A stretch of 64,000 nt of DNA from Microcoleaceae cyanobacterium (GTDB lineage Bacteria; Cyanobacteriota; Cyanobacteriia; Cyanobacteriales; Microcoleaceae). Position numbers and translations under genes: made by a program. Positions 19,568-29,236 of this stretch are shown here, in pieces; within the stretch, counting starts at the first letter, position 1; the number at the start of each line of letters is the position of its first letter. Below the pieces are notes generated by a model. The model saw nothing but the letters and a program-made list of their open reading frames with translations. It did not search any database and was not told the DNA's origin. Location of the stretch: contig JBOFUV010000101.1 in the NCBI GenBank assembly GCA_051652765.1, forward strand, positions 39,342 through 103,341, written 5' to 3'.

Positions 19568-19688
19568 AGAAGAATTCTGGACTAACTTCTATAAGTCTGT
19601 AGGTTCAGTTTTATGTGGTTGATTGTCAGTAGCCGCGCCTTTCTTGTTGGCAATCATCCACAGTTGTTGTTTGGGTTGCGATGAAGCC

Positions 19689-21284
19689 ATGCGCCTGTTC
19701 ACAACTATTGCAGCTTTGCGTTGTTACCTCAGTTCCTACAGAGTGGAGTTTCCGACCGGAACAGTCGGATTCGTTCCAACCCTGGGAAACTTACACTTAG
19801 GTCACCTGAGTTTGATTCAACGGGCTAAGGCAGACAACCAAGTTGCAATCGTCAGTATTTTTGTGAACCCGCTACAATTTGGCCCTGAAGAAGATTTTAA
19901 CCAATACCCTCGTACTTTTGATCAAGATCTTCACCTGTGTGAGCAGGTAGAGACTGATGTGGTTTTTTCACCCACCCTGGAGGAACTGTTGGGTTCTGAT
20001 CAAAGCCCAACCTCCGGAGAGCAAGTTACCATCAGTACCCTCGACCTTCAGCTTCGAACGATGGTTTCTTCTCCAGTTTCAATGACAACTGGACTTTGTA
20101 GTTCCACTCGGCCCAGTCATTTTGCAGGAGTCACAACCATCGTGGCCAAGCTATTCAATATTGTCCAACCGAATCGAGCCTATTTTGGCCGAAAAGATGC
20201 TCAACAGTTAGCGATTATTTGTCGTATGGTATCCGATTTAAATTGGCCGATTGAAATTGTGGGCTGTCCTATTGTTCGGGAGGAGTCTGGACTCGCCTAC
20301 AGCTCACGGAATCGTTATCTGTCCCCCGAACAAAAACAACAGGCCACTGCCCTGCACCGCGCTCTGAGTACAGGGGAGCAGGTATTCCGTCAGGGAGTGC
20401 TCCTCGCGTCTGAGATTAAGCAGGCGGTTTGGTCTGAACTGACTCCTGAACTCGTGGCCATTCCGGCGATCCAGGTGGAATATTTAGAATTGGTCGATCC
20501 AGAAACGCTAGTTCCGCTGACGGTCGTCGGCGAGGTAGGACTCTTGGCGATCGCAGCTCAGGTTGGCCCAGCCCGTCTGATTGACAACATCTTGTTACGA
20601 AACCGCAAGCCGATCCTGGCCATTGACGGCCCTGCTGGAGCAGGAAAATCCACGGTAACTCGTAAGTTGGCCCAATCCCTAGGACTCATGTATCTAGACA
20701 CAGGGGCAATGTACCGGGCTGTAACCTGGCTGGCCCTGCAGTCCAAAATTTCCCTCAAAGACGAACCTGCGATCGCCGAGTTAGTGCATCAGTGTCAGAT
20801 TGAACTGATTCCCCAAGATGAAGCCCTCCAGGTTTTGATTAATTTAGAGGATGTGACAGATGGCATTCGCTCTCCAGAAGTGACCGCGAATGTCTCAACG
20901 ATTGCAGCTCAGCCCGCAGTCCGGCAAGCGTTGGTCAAGCAGCAACAGTCCTATGGTCGCAAAGGCGGAATTGTAACCGAGGGTCGTGATATTGGCACCT
21001 ACGTTTTCCCCGATGCTGAACTCAAGATCTTCTTAACAGCCTCAGTGAAGGAACGATCCCAAAGACGGCAACTGGAACTGCAACAGCAAGGTCATGGCCA
21101 TATTGTTTTAGAGGAAATTGAACGAGAGATTGCGCTACGAGATCAAAAGGATAGTACCCGCGCCGTTGCTCCTCTTCGGAAAGCCCCCGATGCTGTGGAA
21201 ATTCAAACCGATGGCCTGACTATTGATGAGGTCACGACCCGGATTATTCAGCTCTATCATGAGAGAAACCTACATCAAAACTAA
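19689..21284 (+). CDS. panC/cmk: Bifunctional pantoate--beta-alanine ligase / cytidylate kinase
   Basis: GFVPTLGNLHLGH, FVNPLQFGP, SSRN, RLIDN; then AIDGPAGAGKST and EGRDIG. Confidence 0.96.
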   Translation: MRLFTTIAALRCYLSSYRVEFPTGTVGFVPTLGNLHLGHLSLIQRAKADNQVAIVSIFVNPLQFGPEEDFNQYPRTFDQDLHLCEQVETDVVFSPTLEELLGSDQSPTSGEQVTISTLDLQLRTMVSSPVSMTTGLCSSTRPSHFAGVTTIVAKLFNIVQPNRAYFGRKDAQQLAIICRMVSDLNWPIEIVGCPIVREESGLAYSSRNRYLSPEQKQQATALHRALSTGEQVFRQGVLLASEIKQAVWSELTPELVAIPAIQVEYLELVDPETLVPLTVVGEVGLLAIAAQVGPARLIDNILLRNRKPILAIDGPAGAGKSTVTRKLAQSLGLMYLDTGAMYRAVTWLALQSKISLKDEPAIAELVHQCQIELIPQDEALQVLINLEDVTDGIRSPEVTANVSTIAAQPAVRQALVKQQQSYGRKGGIVTEGRDIGTYVFPDAELKIFLTASVKERSQRRQLELQQQGHGHIVLEEIEREIALRDQKDSTRAVAPLRKAPDAVEIQTDGLTIDEVTTRIIQLYHERNLHQN

Positions 21285-21324
21285 ACCTTGAGGGGTTCCA
21301 CTTCAAAATCCGGCGATTGACCCT

Positions 21325-21412
21325 AGTATTTCTAAAGTACCCCTAAAGTACTTCTAAAATACCCCTAAAGTACTTCTAAAGTATTTCTAAAGTATTTATA
21401 AAGTACTCCTAA
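21325..21412. repeat. Tandem array of 8 x 11 bp (consensus AGTAYYYCTAA)
   Basis: Units agtatttctaa, agtacccctaa, agtacttctaa, aatacccctaa, agtacttctaa, agtatttctaa, agtatttataa, agtactcctaa. Confidence 0.93.
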
Positions 21413-21429
21413 AAATGACCATACAAACA

Positions 21430-21570
21430 AAATGGGTTGTACCATGGTGCAAGAGTAGCCGGATCTCTTAGCAGAAGGGCCAAGTTAGGTGCAGTAGCGC
21501 ACCCAGGGTTTTTAGTTGGCAAGGATGTCCACACTTTAAACCCGGTCAATGGTTATGTCCATTTTTTTTG
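21430..21570 (-). ncRNA. Putative small RNA, possibly a PsrR1 (SyR1) homologue
   Basis: GC-richer patch with three hairpins (21451-69, 21488-503, 21503-545) in AT-rich intergenic DNA. The minus-strand core GTGTGGACATCCTTGCCAAC...AAACCCTGG resembles my recollection of PsrR1. Identity and strand are unverified. Confidence 0.42.
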
Positions 21571-21828
21571 TCGCAGAATCTATGCTAGTTTGATGAGAAC
21601 TTTACTGAATCCTAACCGGTGTAGATCTGAATATAGATGAAGGGAGGGATTTGGCTTCTAGTCCAGAAACTTAGTTTGGTGCTAGGAGTGAGGGCTAAGA
21701 CTTTAAAAGAGTTTTTAGTTCTTTTGCTTGAGGTAAGGCTTCTATTTGAGTTGGGAACATCAGGGGAAGTTGGATATCAATGACTTGTCCAAACTTTTGA
21801 TTTAAAGTGGTGTGAAGGAGAAGATAAA

Positions 21829-22872
21829 GTGGTTCAGTATTATGCGTCACTAATTCGGCAGCAAAAGCTTGCCCGACTGGCTTTAATTGCTGCAAGTGTT
21901 AGTTTTTTAATAGGGGTATTGTTGCCGATTGGTTTTGGAACAAATTATCAGACGAAGGCTCCTCCTACGGACAGATCTGCTCTAAGCGCTACTAATAATG
22001 TTCCAACCAATGTTCTAGCTGGCCAGAAGCCTAGGTCAGATTTCCAGACAGCACCGAGTCTTCAAACGCCTACAGCCAAGTTGGTTTCAGATATCTCCGG
22101 GGTAGGAACAGGGATTCTACAACAAGTTGAAGGAGTCCGCTCAGCAGTCAGTCAGCTTGAACAACAGCGATTTAATATTACAATCCCTGAGCGGTTCAAG
22201 GGAAAAACAGTGCGAGAAGTGGAGTTAAAGTCTTCAGATAAGGCGATCGCCCTGACGTTTGATGATGGCCCCTGGCCTAAAACCACGCTTCAAGTTTTAG
22301 AAATTCTCAAAGAGAATAAAATCAAGGCAACTTTTTTTTGGGTTGGCAGTGCCCTGAATGAATATCGTGATATCGGAAAACAAGTGGTTGCAGAGGGTCA
22401 TACGATTGCCAATCACACTTGGAGTCATCGCTACCATAAGGTGAGTCAGGAAACCGCAGCTCAAGAAATTGGGGATACTGCCGATTTGATCAAGGAACTG
22501 ACCGGGATTGACTCGCCCTTGTTTCGTCCCCCCGGTGGCGTTGAAAATAATGGCTTAGTGGAGTATGCCCATAGTCAAGATCACGTTAACGTGATGTGGT
22601 CTTCAGATTCTAAGGATTGGTCTAAGCCCTCTGCTGATCGAATCAGGGACAATGTTGTAAATTCTGCAAAACCGGGTAGGATTATCCTAATGCATGATGG
22701 CGGTGGCAACCGATCTGCCACAGTGCGGGCTTTGCCTGAAATTATTGCTACCCTGAAACAGCGGGGCTATCAATTTGTTACCGTTCCAGAGTTGCTGATG
22801 ATGGCAACTCAAGATACTGATCAGCCCGAGAAAGCAGCCTCGCCGTCAGAAATGGAGAATTCCGGAGAGTAA
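21829..22872 (+). CDS. Membrane-anchored polysaccharide deacetylase (NodB/CE4)
   Basis: ALTFDDGP, HTIANHTWSH, FRPPGG, ILMHDGGG; N-terminal TM helix. Confidence 0.92.
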   Translation: MVQYYASLIRQQKLARLALIAASVSFLIGVLLPIGFGTNYQTKAPPTDRSALSATNNVPTNVLAGQKPRSDFQTAPSLQTPTAKLVSDISGVGTGILQQVEGVRSAVSQLEQQRFNITIPERFKGKTVREVELKSSDKAIALTFDDGPWPKTTLQVLEILKENKIKATFFWVGSALNEYRDIGKQVVAEGHTIANHTWSHRYHKVSQETAAQEIGDTADLIKELTGIDSPLFRPPGGVENNGLVEYAHSQDHVNVMWSSDSKDWSKPSADRIRDNVVNSAKPGRIILMHDGGGNRSATVRALPEIIATLKQRGYQFVTVPELLMMATQDTDQPEKAASPSEMENSGE

Positions 22873-22913
22873 AACTGAGTACAATAAAAGAGATTCAGTT
22901 GATTGGGTCTCCT

Positions 22914-23405
22914 ATGAGTTCTATTCTTCTTCCTATTCCTTTGTCTCAGCCTCAAACAGAGGATCGTTTTGCCGTTAGCCTTGCTCCGCTTCTGGTTAAT
23001 GAGGTGTATCGTTTGGCTGATACCGCTGCGAACGGAGCCGTTGTCCTGATGAGCGGTATGGTGCGAGAGCAAACTGAAGGCAAATCGGTTGAAGCCTTGG
23101 AATATCAAGCCTATCAACCGATGGCTCTAAAAGTTTTTGAACAGATTGCAGCCGAGATTCACCAGCAATGGTCAGGGGTAACTCGGGTTGTGATTCATCA
23201 TCGGGTTGGACGCTTGCGAGTGGGAGAGATTAGTGTGTTGGTGGCGGTGGGTTGTCCTCACCGCAAAGAAGCCTTTGAAGCCTGTCAATATGGGATTGAT
23301 ACCTTAAAACATCAGGCTCCAATCTGGAAAAAAGAGCATTGGGCCGATGGTTCCAGTCGTTGGGTGAGTATTGGCGCTTGTGAGCAGTTTGAAGCAAGTT
23401 GCTAA
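22914..23405 (+). CDS. moaE: Molybdopterin synthase catalytic subunit
   Basis: LEYQAY, HRVGRLRVGEISV, HRKEAF, LKHQAPIWKKE motifs. Confidence 0.93.
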   Translation: MSSILLPIPLSQPQTEDRFAVSLAPLLVNEVYRLADTAANGAVVLMSGMVREQTEGKSVEALEYQAYQPMALKVFEQIAAEIHQQWSGVTRVVIHHRVGRLRVGEISVLVAVGCPHRKEAFEACQYGIDTLKHQAPIWKKEHWADGSSRWVSIGACEQFEASC

Positions 23406-23412
23406 ACCTCCC

Positions 23413-24549
23413 TCAATCCTTCTCTAGAACCAATGTTGCATTGTTATCAATCTTTTGCTGGGCGCTGAACCCTTGAAAGTAATCCTGGACGTTTGGAGGG
23501 AGATCCGGAAAGTCAAACTCAGCATCTCCTGCGGCAATATCTGCCCAGAAGTTGCTTAAACTGGGTGCTAACTTTTCCGCCTGTGCAATCGACAAACTCA
23601 AGGGCGGAGTCGTGAGTAACTTGACCATAAATGGAAAAGAGCGATCGCCCATCCACTGACGGGACATGTCTGGCAAATTTGGCCAATTGGGAACTGCCTT
23701 CACATGATGGGACTCTATCTCTAACCTAATGCTGCCATCGTCTTCTGTCCTGAGATTCACAATCCGGTAAGGATGAGGATAACTCACTAAAGACCCTGTT
23801 GTGATGTCATAAATGCCTTGCCATTGAGCAATATCTTGAACATGCAAGTGACCCGTAAAAATGAGTTTTACGTTTGCAACTTGCAAAATTTTCAGCAGAT
23901 CAGGGGCATTTTGCAACATGTAGCGTTTTCCAAGAGGGTTAGTGGCTTGCCCAGGAAGATGTTCAACAACATTATGGTGAATCATCACCATCACCAACTC
24001 CCCATTCACTCTAGCCAAAACCTGTTGCAACCAAGCCAACTGTTCTGCATCTAAACGCCCGATTTGTTGGCCCGTTTGATCAAACAGATTAGAGTTCAGA
24101 CCAATCAATCTTAGACCGGGCAAGACTTCATGGGTGTAACAGGCTTGGTTAGGATTGTCGTAGCCAAACTTTTGGTAATTGCTGGGAAATTCTGCCAAAC
24201 CCAGGGTCTGATCTTGAGTAGTGGGATATAGAACATCGTGGTTTCCAGGGACAACGTAAACCGGATAGGGCAGTTGAGCCAGACGGTTTACGAGCCAAGT
24301 ATGATTTTCGACCTCCCCATCTTGGGTCAAGTCCCCTGGCAAGAGCAAGAAATCCAAATCCAGTTGTCCCAAATGTTCGAGCACTAACTCCAGGGCTGGA
24401 ATACTCACTTCAACGAGATGAAACCGCTGAGCAGAGTTCCGAATAGTATGAGGCAGGGCAATGTGTAAATCACTGGCGATCGCAAATCGACACTTTAAGT
24501 TCATAGGATTTAAGTTCATAGGGTTTAAGTTCATAGGATTTAAGTTCAT
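23413..24549 (-). CDS. Calcineurin-like metallophosphoesterase
   Basis: SDLH, GDLTQDG, GNHD, HH, GHLH motifs; four alternative ATGs in the N-terminal repeat. Confidence 0.9.
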   Translation of the reverse strand: MNLNPMNLNPMNLNPMNLKCRFAIASDLHIALPHTIRNSAQRFHLVEVSIPALELVLEHLGQLDLDFLLLPGDLTQDGEVENHTWLVNRLAQLPYPVYVVPGNHDVLYPTTQDQTLGLAEFPSNYQKFGYDNPNQACYTHEVLPGLRLIGLNSNLFDQTGQQIGRLDAEQLAWLQQVLARVNGELVMVMIHHNVVEHLPGQATNPLGKRYMLQNAPDLLKILQVANVKLIFTGHLHVQDIAQWQGIYDITTGSLVSYPHPYRIVNLRTEDDGSIRLEIESHHVKAVPNWPNLPDMSRQWMGDRSFPFMVKLLTTPPLSLSIAQAEKLAPSLSNFWADIAAGDAEFDFPDLPPNVQDYFQGFSAQQKIDNNATLVLEKD

Positions 24550-24560
24550 AGGATTTAAGT
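24494..24560 (-). repeat. About 4.5 x 15-bp tandem repeat over the start codon (MNLNP)n
   Basis: Plus-strand unit tttaagttcatagg(a/g). Confidence 0.95.
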
Positions 24561-24633
24561 CCAGTTGTCCCCAATCCTTAAGATAATCTAAAACTCTTGA
24601 GGATAGCCCAGGAAAGGTTAGGTTAAACTAGAA

Positions 24634-26118
24634 ATGGAACCTCATTACAACATATCTATGGCGGTTAAGTTGCAGCGTCCTATTTTGGTTGGGGGAGTTG
24701 GTCTCTCGTTTTTGCTGTGGATTCTGAGTAGCCTCCAACACTCAGCCGGAGAATTTGGCCAAGTCGCTCTGCTGAGCACGATTTTAGTCAGCGCTGGGCT
24801 TTGGTGGTTTCAGACGGGATCGGGTCAATCCTTGCAGGAACAGCAATTTGTTCCTCCAGCTAGCCGAGAAACGGTAGAAGCCGCGATCGTCCAAACTGAA
24901 GCCCAGATCGACCACCTTGCTCAAACAGCGGCAGATTTGGGTAGCCAGAGTTTGGCCCCTAGTATTGAGCTGTGGCGGTCACAAACGGCCCAGTTGAAGA
25001 CGAATCTGGATCGCACCTCTTTGCGTTTGGGGGTGATGGGCAGTAAGGCCGTCGGCAAATCAACCGTCATGCAGGTTTTGGCCTCTGATTGGATTCCTCA
25101 GCAAGCCTTGGCCTTGAGCTTGGTCGAAGTTCCTACCAGCCAACCCCAACTCACAACCGCCGTTGATGTTGTCCTGTTCCTCACCAGTGGCGATATTACT
25201 GACCCAGAGTTTCAAACCCTGTCTCAACTGGTCAAGGGGCAAGGTCAGCGCACGTTACTTGTTTGGAATAAGCTCGATCAGTATTTGGAAGGCGATCAAC
25301 CCATTGTCTTGCAACACATTCGGGAAACCCTGACAGCGGTATTGCAGCCAGAAGATGTGATTGCCATTGCTGCCTCTCCCAGCGCCATGAAAGTTCGCCA
25401 ACACCAAGCAGATGGCTCTGTTCAAGAATGGATGGAGGATCAATTCCCCGAGATGCAAGCCTTAACTGAACGGTTGAGTCAAGTCCTGCAGCAGGAACAG
25501 CAGGCTTTAGTCTGGTCAACCACCTACCGAGAGGCGATCGCCCAACAAAAGATCGTCAGAACGGGGCTCAATCAGTTGTGGCGGGAGCAAGCTCTCCCTG
25601 TGATTGATCAGTATCAATGGATTGCTGCTGCTGCCGCCTTTGCCAATCCCGTTCCGGCCCTGGATGTATTGGCAACAGCAGCCATTAGCTCCCAAATGGT
25701 GATTGATTTGGGCACAATCTATAAACAGAAATTTTCCCTGCAACAAGCCCAAGAGATTGCAAAAACCCTAGCCAGCCAAATGCTGAAATTGGGGCTAGTT
25801 GAATTGACAACTCAGACCTTAACCTCCTTGCTCAAGAGCAATACCGTGACGTTTGTTGCAGGGGGAGCCGTTCAAGCCATCAGCGCAGCTTATCTGACTC
25901 AGATTGCAGGCTTGAGTTTGGTTGAATACTTTGAAAGTCAGGAGATTAATTTACAGACTGGTCAAGGATTTTCCCTGGACTTTAATGCATTAACTCAGAC
26001 TTTGAAGGCTGTCTTTCAACAAAATCAAAAAACATCTATTTTGCAGTCCTTTGTCCAGCAAGCTTTAAATCGTTTATCTCCACAAATTCAACTTCCGTCT
26101 AGCTCCCCTATTGCTTGA
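24634..26118 (+). CDS. DUF697/YcjF-family membrane protein with degenerate GTPase-like domain
   Basis: Two N-terminal TM helices, GSKAVGKST, WNKLD, and FANPVPALDVLA (DUF697). Confidence 0.8.
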   Translation: MEPHYNISMAVKLQRPILVGGVGLSFLLWILSSLQHSAGEFGQVALLSTILVSAGLWWFQTGSGQSLQEQQFVPPASRETVEAAIVQTEAQIDHLAQTAADLGSQSLAPSIELWRSQTAQLKTNLDRTSLRLGVMGSKAVGKSTVMQVLASDWIPQQALALSLVEVPTSQPQLTTAVDVVLFLTSGDITDPEFQTLSQLVKGQGQRTLLVWNKLDQYLEGDQPIVLQHIRETLTAVLQPEDVIAIAASPSAMKVRQHQADGSVQEWMEDQFPEMQALTERLSQVLQQEQQALVWSTTYREAIAQQKIVRTGLNQLWREQALPVIDQYQWIAAAAAFANPVPALDVLATAAISSQMVIDLGTIYKQKFSLQQAQEIAKTLASQMLKLGLVELTTQTLTSLLKSNTVTFVAGGAVQAISAAYLTQIAGLSLVEYFESQEINLQTGQGFSLDFNALTQTLKAVFQQNQKTSILQSFVQQALNRLSPQIQLPSSSPIA

Positions 26119-26146
26119 GTTTGCTGCAGATCAACCTTAGTAATTC

Positions 26147-26236
26147 AGGGAGATTTAAGAGGATAAACCCCCTTTAAATCTCCCTTACAGCAGACTTTGA
26201 CTCCGGTTCTCCCTTTTTGAGAGAAGCTAGAAGGGT
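26147..26236. repeat. Degenerate cyanobacterial dispersed palindromic element (CCCCCTTTTTAAGGGGG-type); may act as a terminator
   Basis: 12-bp inverted repeat AGGGAGATTTAA/TTAAATCTCCCT (26147-58/26174-85) followed by GACTTTGACTCCGGTTCTCCCTTTTT; related remnant at 43724-43759. Confidence 0.6.
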
Positions 26237-26360
26237 TACCAAAATATGCTTCTAACCCAAAATATGCTTCTAACTCAAAGATTTGCGTACATAGCCGCCT
26301 TTTGTGAGTGCAGGAGGTTGAGGAATGAAAGAGGAACCACAATTTAAAACAGGAGTTTTT

Positions 26361-26642
26361 ATGAATTTGTTCCCTAGTGGCGATCGCGATCCATGGAATG
26401 GAAATCAAGCTTCAGAATCTTTAGATCCACTGAAGGCTCCTTCCCAGCTTAACTATCCTGAAATCGAAGATGTAAAGATTCAACAGTACGACTCTGAAGC
26501 TCTCAAAACCCTGCGACGTTCTTTTATCTTTTTAATTGTAATCGGATTATTAGTTGGAATTCTCGTTGCAACTGGGGTGATTTATGTGTTGGATCGCTTT
26601 GATATTAAAGCAGTTCCTGAAGAGGTAAATCCTGTTCAATAG
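26361..26642 (+). CDS. Small hypothetical single-TM protein
   Basis: AGGAG RBS before ATG 26361; hydrophobic helix FIFLIVIGLLVGILVATGVIYVL. Confidence 0.65.
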   Translation: MNLFPSGDRDPWNGNQASESLDPLKAPSQLNYPEIEDVKIQQYDSEALKTLRRSFIFLIVIGLLVGILVATGVIYVLDRFDIKAVPEEVNPVQ

Positions 26643-26647
26643 TTCAG

Positions 26648-28042
26648 TTATTCCTCTTCTGGTTGAGGATTTGACTGGGAATACCGTTGCTCAGCAGTTT
26701 CTTGAACCTTCTGATGAATCTGAGGGTAATTGCTTAAAACCTGTCTAAAATCCCGCTTTTCAAGCACGAACAGTTCACAGTACGTTAGGGTTCTAACCGA
26801 AGCTGTCCGTCGAATAGAGCATAATAGGGCAATTTCTCCAAAAAATGCTCCAGCAACCATATTACGGTAGATTGTTGAATTTCCATTTTCTTCGGAAAAT
26901 GCTTGCAATTCTCCCCGGTTAATAAAGTACATTTCATGGCCAATTTGTCCCTCACGAATCACATACTCGTTGGGTGGCAGCACAACAGGCTTTAACTTCA
27001 TGACCAAATCTTCAATAAAGCCAGATTCTGCTTCCTTAAATAAGGGAACTTGCTCCAGAAGATCACGATAAAGATAGAGATAAAGTTGAGTTTTTAAAGA
27101 AGTTGGCAGTTCGTCTAGAAACTCCAATCCCAGAGAAGTATCTCGATTATATTCCCATAAATACTGATAATACTTTCTCACCCCTATCTGGAGTGCGGGA
27201 GGAATTTTGCGCTCTCGCATATAGGCTTGAATTTGATCTAGTTTTTCCCGAAAATGAGATTGATTGGCATTTAAACTAGTAATCAATGCAGCAACATTTC
27301 CAATAATAAAGGCATACATTGAAATTCCCAGGAACATTACCATCAGGGTAAAAATAATTTCAATGTCATTGGTTGGGGTAATATCGCCGTAGCCGACGGT
27401 TGTTAATGTTGTGATTGACCAGTATAAAGAACGAAGATATTTTGTTCGGGGTGACTCCACTGCCAGACCTGAGTTAGTGAGCCAAGATTCTCCAAACTTT
27501 TCTGTAATATTTCCAATCAAAAACCACGTACAAGCAACCCAATGATCAATCAAGAAAATTACAATTACTAAGTGCAACATCCGCACCATAACTGGATCGA
27601 TATTAACGTTATTTTCCCATTGCTGAAAAATTTCAATACAGTGAGATCCCCGTAACAATCTAGGAATTCTTAAAAATCCCCAGAGCGGAATTGGGGCATA
27701 CGGGAATAGTAGTCTAATCACAAAATCAATGGGAAGACTTGATAACAAATTGAGTCTGAAATTCTTTGAGAAATAATGTTTCTTAATCCTACTTTTGTCA
27801 ATAATCAGTTCGCCTTTATCAATATATCCAATATGAAACCGCAGAAAAATATCTCCAATTAAAATTAAATCTGTGAAGCCATCCAAAAAAATCCACAGGT
27901 TACTTGATCCACCCCGAAATGCAATCCGAAATGGCAGCATAATATAGTTATAGAGTGTCACTATAACAATCAAAGCTTCCCAGGCTGTGGCAAATCTTGT
28001 ATTAGGGTAAAACGTTTGCATGTTTTGATGGAGAGGCTGCAC
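26648..28042 (-). CDS. Cyclic-nucleotide-gated potassium channel (6TM plus CNBD)
   Basis: TTLTTVGYGD selectivity filter, S4-like LRIPRLLR, C-linker, FGEIALL...RRTASV. Start may be 28021. Confidence 0.92.
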   Translation of the reverse strand: MQPLHQNMQTFYPNTRFATAWEALIVIVTLYNYIMLPFRIAFRGGSSNLWIFLDGFTDLILIGDIFLRFHIGYIDKGELIIDKSRIKKHYFSKNFRLNLLSSLPIDFVIRLLFPYAPIPLWGFLRIPRLLRGSHCIEIFQQWENNVNIDPVMVRMLHLVIVIFLIDHWVACTWFLIGNITEKFGESWLTNSGLAVESPRTKYLRSLYWSITTLTTVGYGDITPTNDIEIIFTLMVMFLGISMYAFIIGNVAALITSLNANQSHFREKLDQIQAYMRERKIPPALQIGVRKYYQYLWEYNRDTSLGLEFLDELPTSLKTQLYLYLYRDLLEQVPLFKEAESGFIEDLVMKLKPVVLPPNEYVIREGQIGHEMYFINRGELQAFSEENGNSTIYRNMVAGAFFGEIALLCSIRRTASVRTLTYCELFVLEKRDFRQVLSNYPQIHQKVQETAEQRYSQSNPQPEEE

Positions 28043-28224
28043 AATTTAATCAGCTTAATCAGCAGGTTAGACCATTCTAACTTTCAGAGATGCCCATAAA
28101 TTTCAAGATTGTCATCTTTTGCAGATCTTAGTCTAACTTCAGGTTTTTCTCAGCCTGAATTCAGTTGGCTCAGGTTGAATAAAGATTAGAGTAATCGGAA
28201 TGAAACAGTTTTAAGGATAGAGTC

Positions 28225-29211
28225 ATGATTCAAGCGACCATCACACCCTTTCATCAAAAGATGGGCTCACCCCTTGAAAAATCACGGATTCAGGTGCTTC
28301 AGATTAATCTTGGTAAGCGATGTAATTTGGCGTGTACCCACTGCCATGTAGAAGCAGGGCCAACGCGAACAGAGGAACTCTCTCCTGAAATTTGTCAGCA
28401 GCTTATTACCCTGATTCAACAGTTTCCCCAGATCCAAACCGTTGATTTAACGGGCGGAGCACCCGAAATGAACTATGGATTTAAACCCTTAGTTGAAGCG
28501 GCCCGCTCTGAAGGGAAAGAGGTAATTGTTCGGTCGAATCTAACGGTTTACTTTCTGAAAGAATTTCAAGATATTCCTGAATATTGTGCTCAGAATCAGG
28601 TGAGAATTGTAGCCTCACTTCCCTGTTATCTAGAAAATAATGTCGATAAAATGCGAGGTCATGGCGTGTATCAGGACTCGATTCAAGCCATTAAAATCTT
28701 GAATAAATTGGGTTATGCTCACGTTCCTGAACTAGCTCTAGATCTGGTTTATAATCCAGCCGTTCCAATAGATCAGAATTTTTCTCTTCCTCCAGAACAA
28801 CAGCAATTGGAGTGGGCCTACAAAACTCATCTCAAACAACAGTTTGGGATTGAATTCAATCAGTTATTAACGATTACTAATATTCCGATTGGCCGCACCA
28901 AACTACATCTCGAACGATTGCAATTACAGAATATTTATTTGCGGTTCCTAGAAGAGAATTATAACGCCACAACCGTCAAGCATTTAATGTGTCGTAATGA
29001 ACTGTCAATTGATTATTTAGGGAATGTTTATGACTGCGACTTTAATCAAATGGAAAATTTACCTGCTAGGACAACAACTGGAGAGCAATTAACCGTTCAA
29101 AAGTTACTGGAGCTTGACACTTTAGATGTCATTCGAGACATTCAAATTGCAGATTATTGTTATGGCTGTACCGCAGGATCTGGTTCGAGTTGTGGTGGTT
29201 CTTTAGTTTAG
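28225..29211 (+). CDS. arsS: Arsenosugar biosynthesis radical SAM protein ArsS (DUF3641)
   Basis: CNLACTHCH, DLTGGAPE, ASLPCY, YDCDFNQM and terminal CYGCTAGSGSSCGG. Confidence 0.85.
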   Translation: MIQATITPFHQKMGSPLEKSRIQVLQINLGKRCNLACTHCHVEAGPTRTEELSPEICQQLITLIQQFPQIQTVDLTGGAPEMNYGFKPLVEAARSEGKEVIVRSNLTVYFLKEFQDIPEYCAQNQVRIVASLPCYLENNVDKMRGHGVYQDSIQAIKILNKLGYAHVPELALDLVYNPAVPIDQNFSLPPEQQQLEWAYKTHLKQQFGIEFNQLLTITNIPIGRTKLHLERLQLQNIYLRFLEENYNATTVKHLMCRNELSIDYLGNVYDCDFNQMENLPARTTTGEQLTVQKLLELDTLDVIRDIQIADYCYGCTAGSGSSCGGSLV

Positions 29212-29236
29212 ATTCAGGTTTTTTTGAGGAAAAATA

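Noticed and set aside
21325..21412. 11-bp array as a CRISPR array, plasmid iterons or LexA boxes
   Set aside because: No spacers and no rep gene; it is neither the palindromic RGTAC-N3-DGTWC site nor the 12-bp-period CTA repeat reported for cyanobacterial LexA.
21437..21640. 67-aa ORF in the panC/cmk-deacetylase gap
   Set aside because: TTG start and no recognisable motif; the region is better explained as structured RNA.
29158..29211. Selenocysteine in the ArsS C-terminal motif
   Set aside because: The SSCGG cysteine is TGT and the gene ends in TAG.
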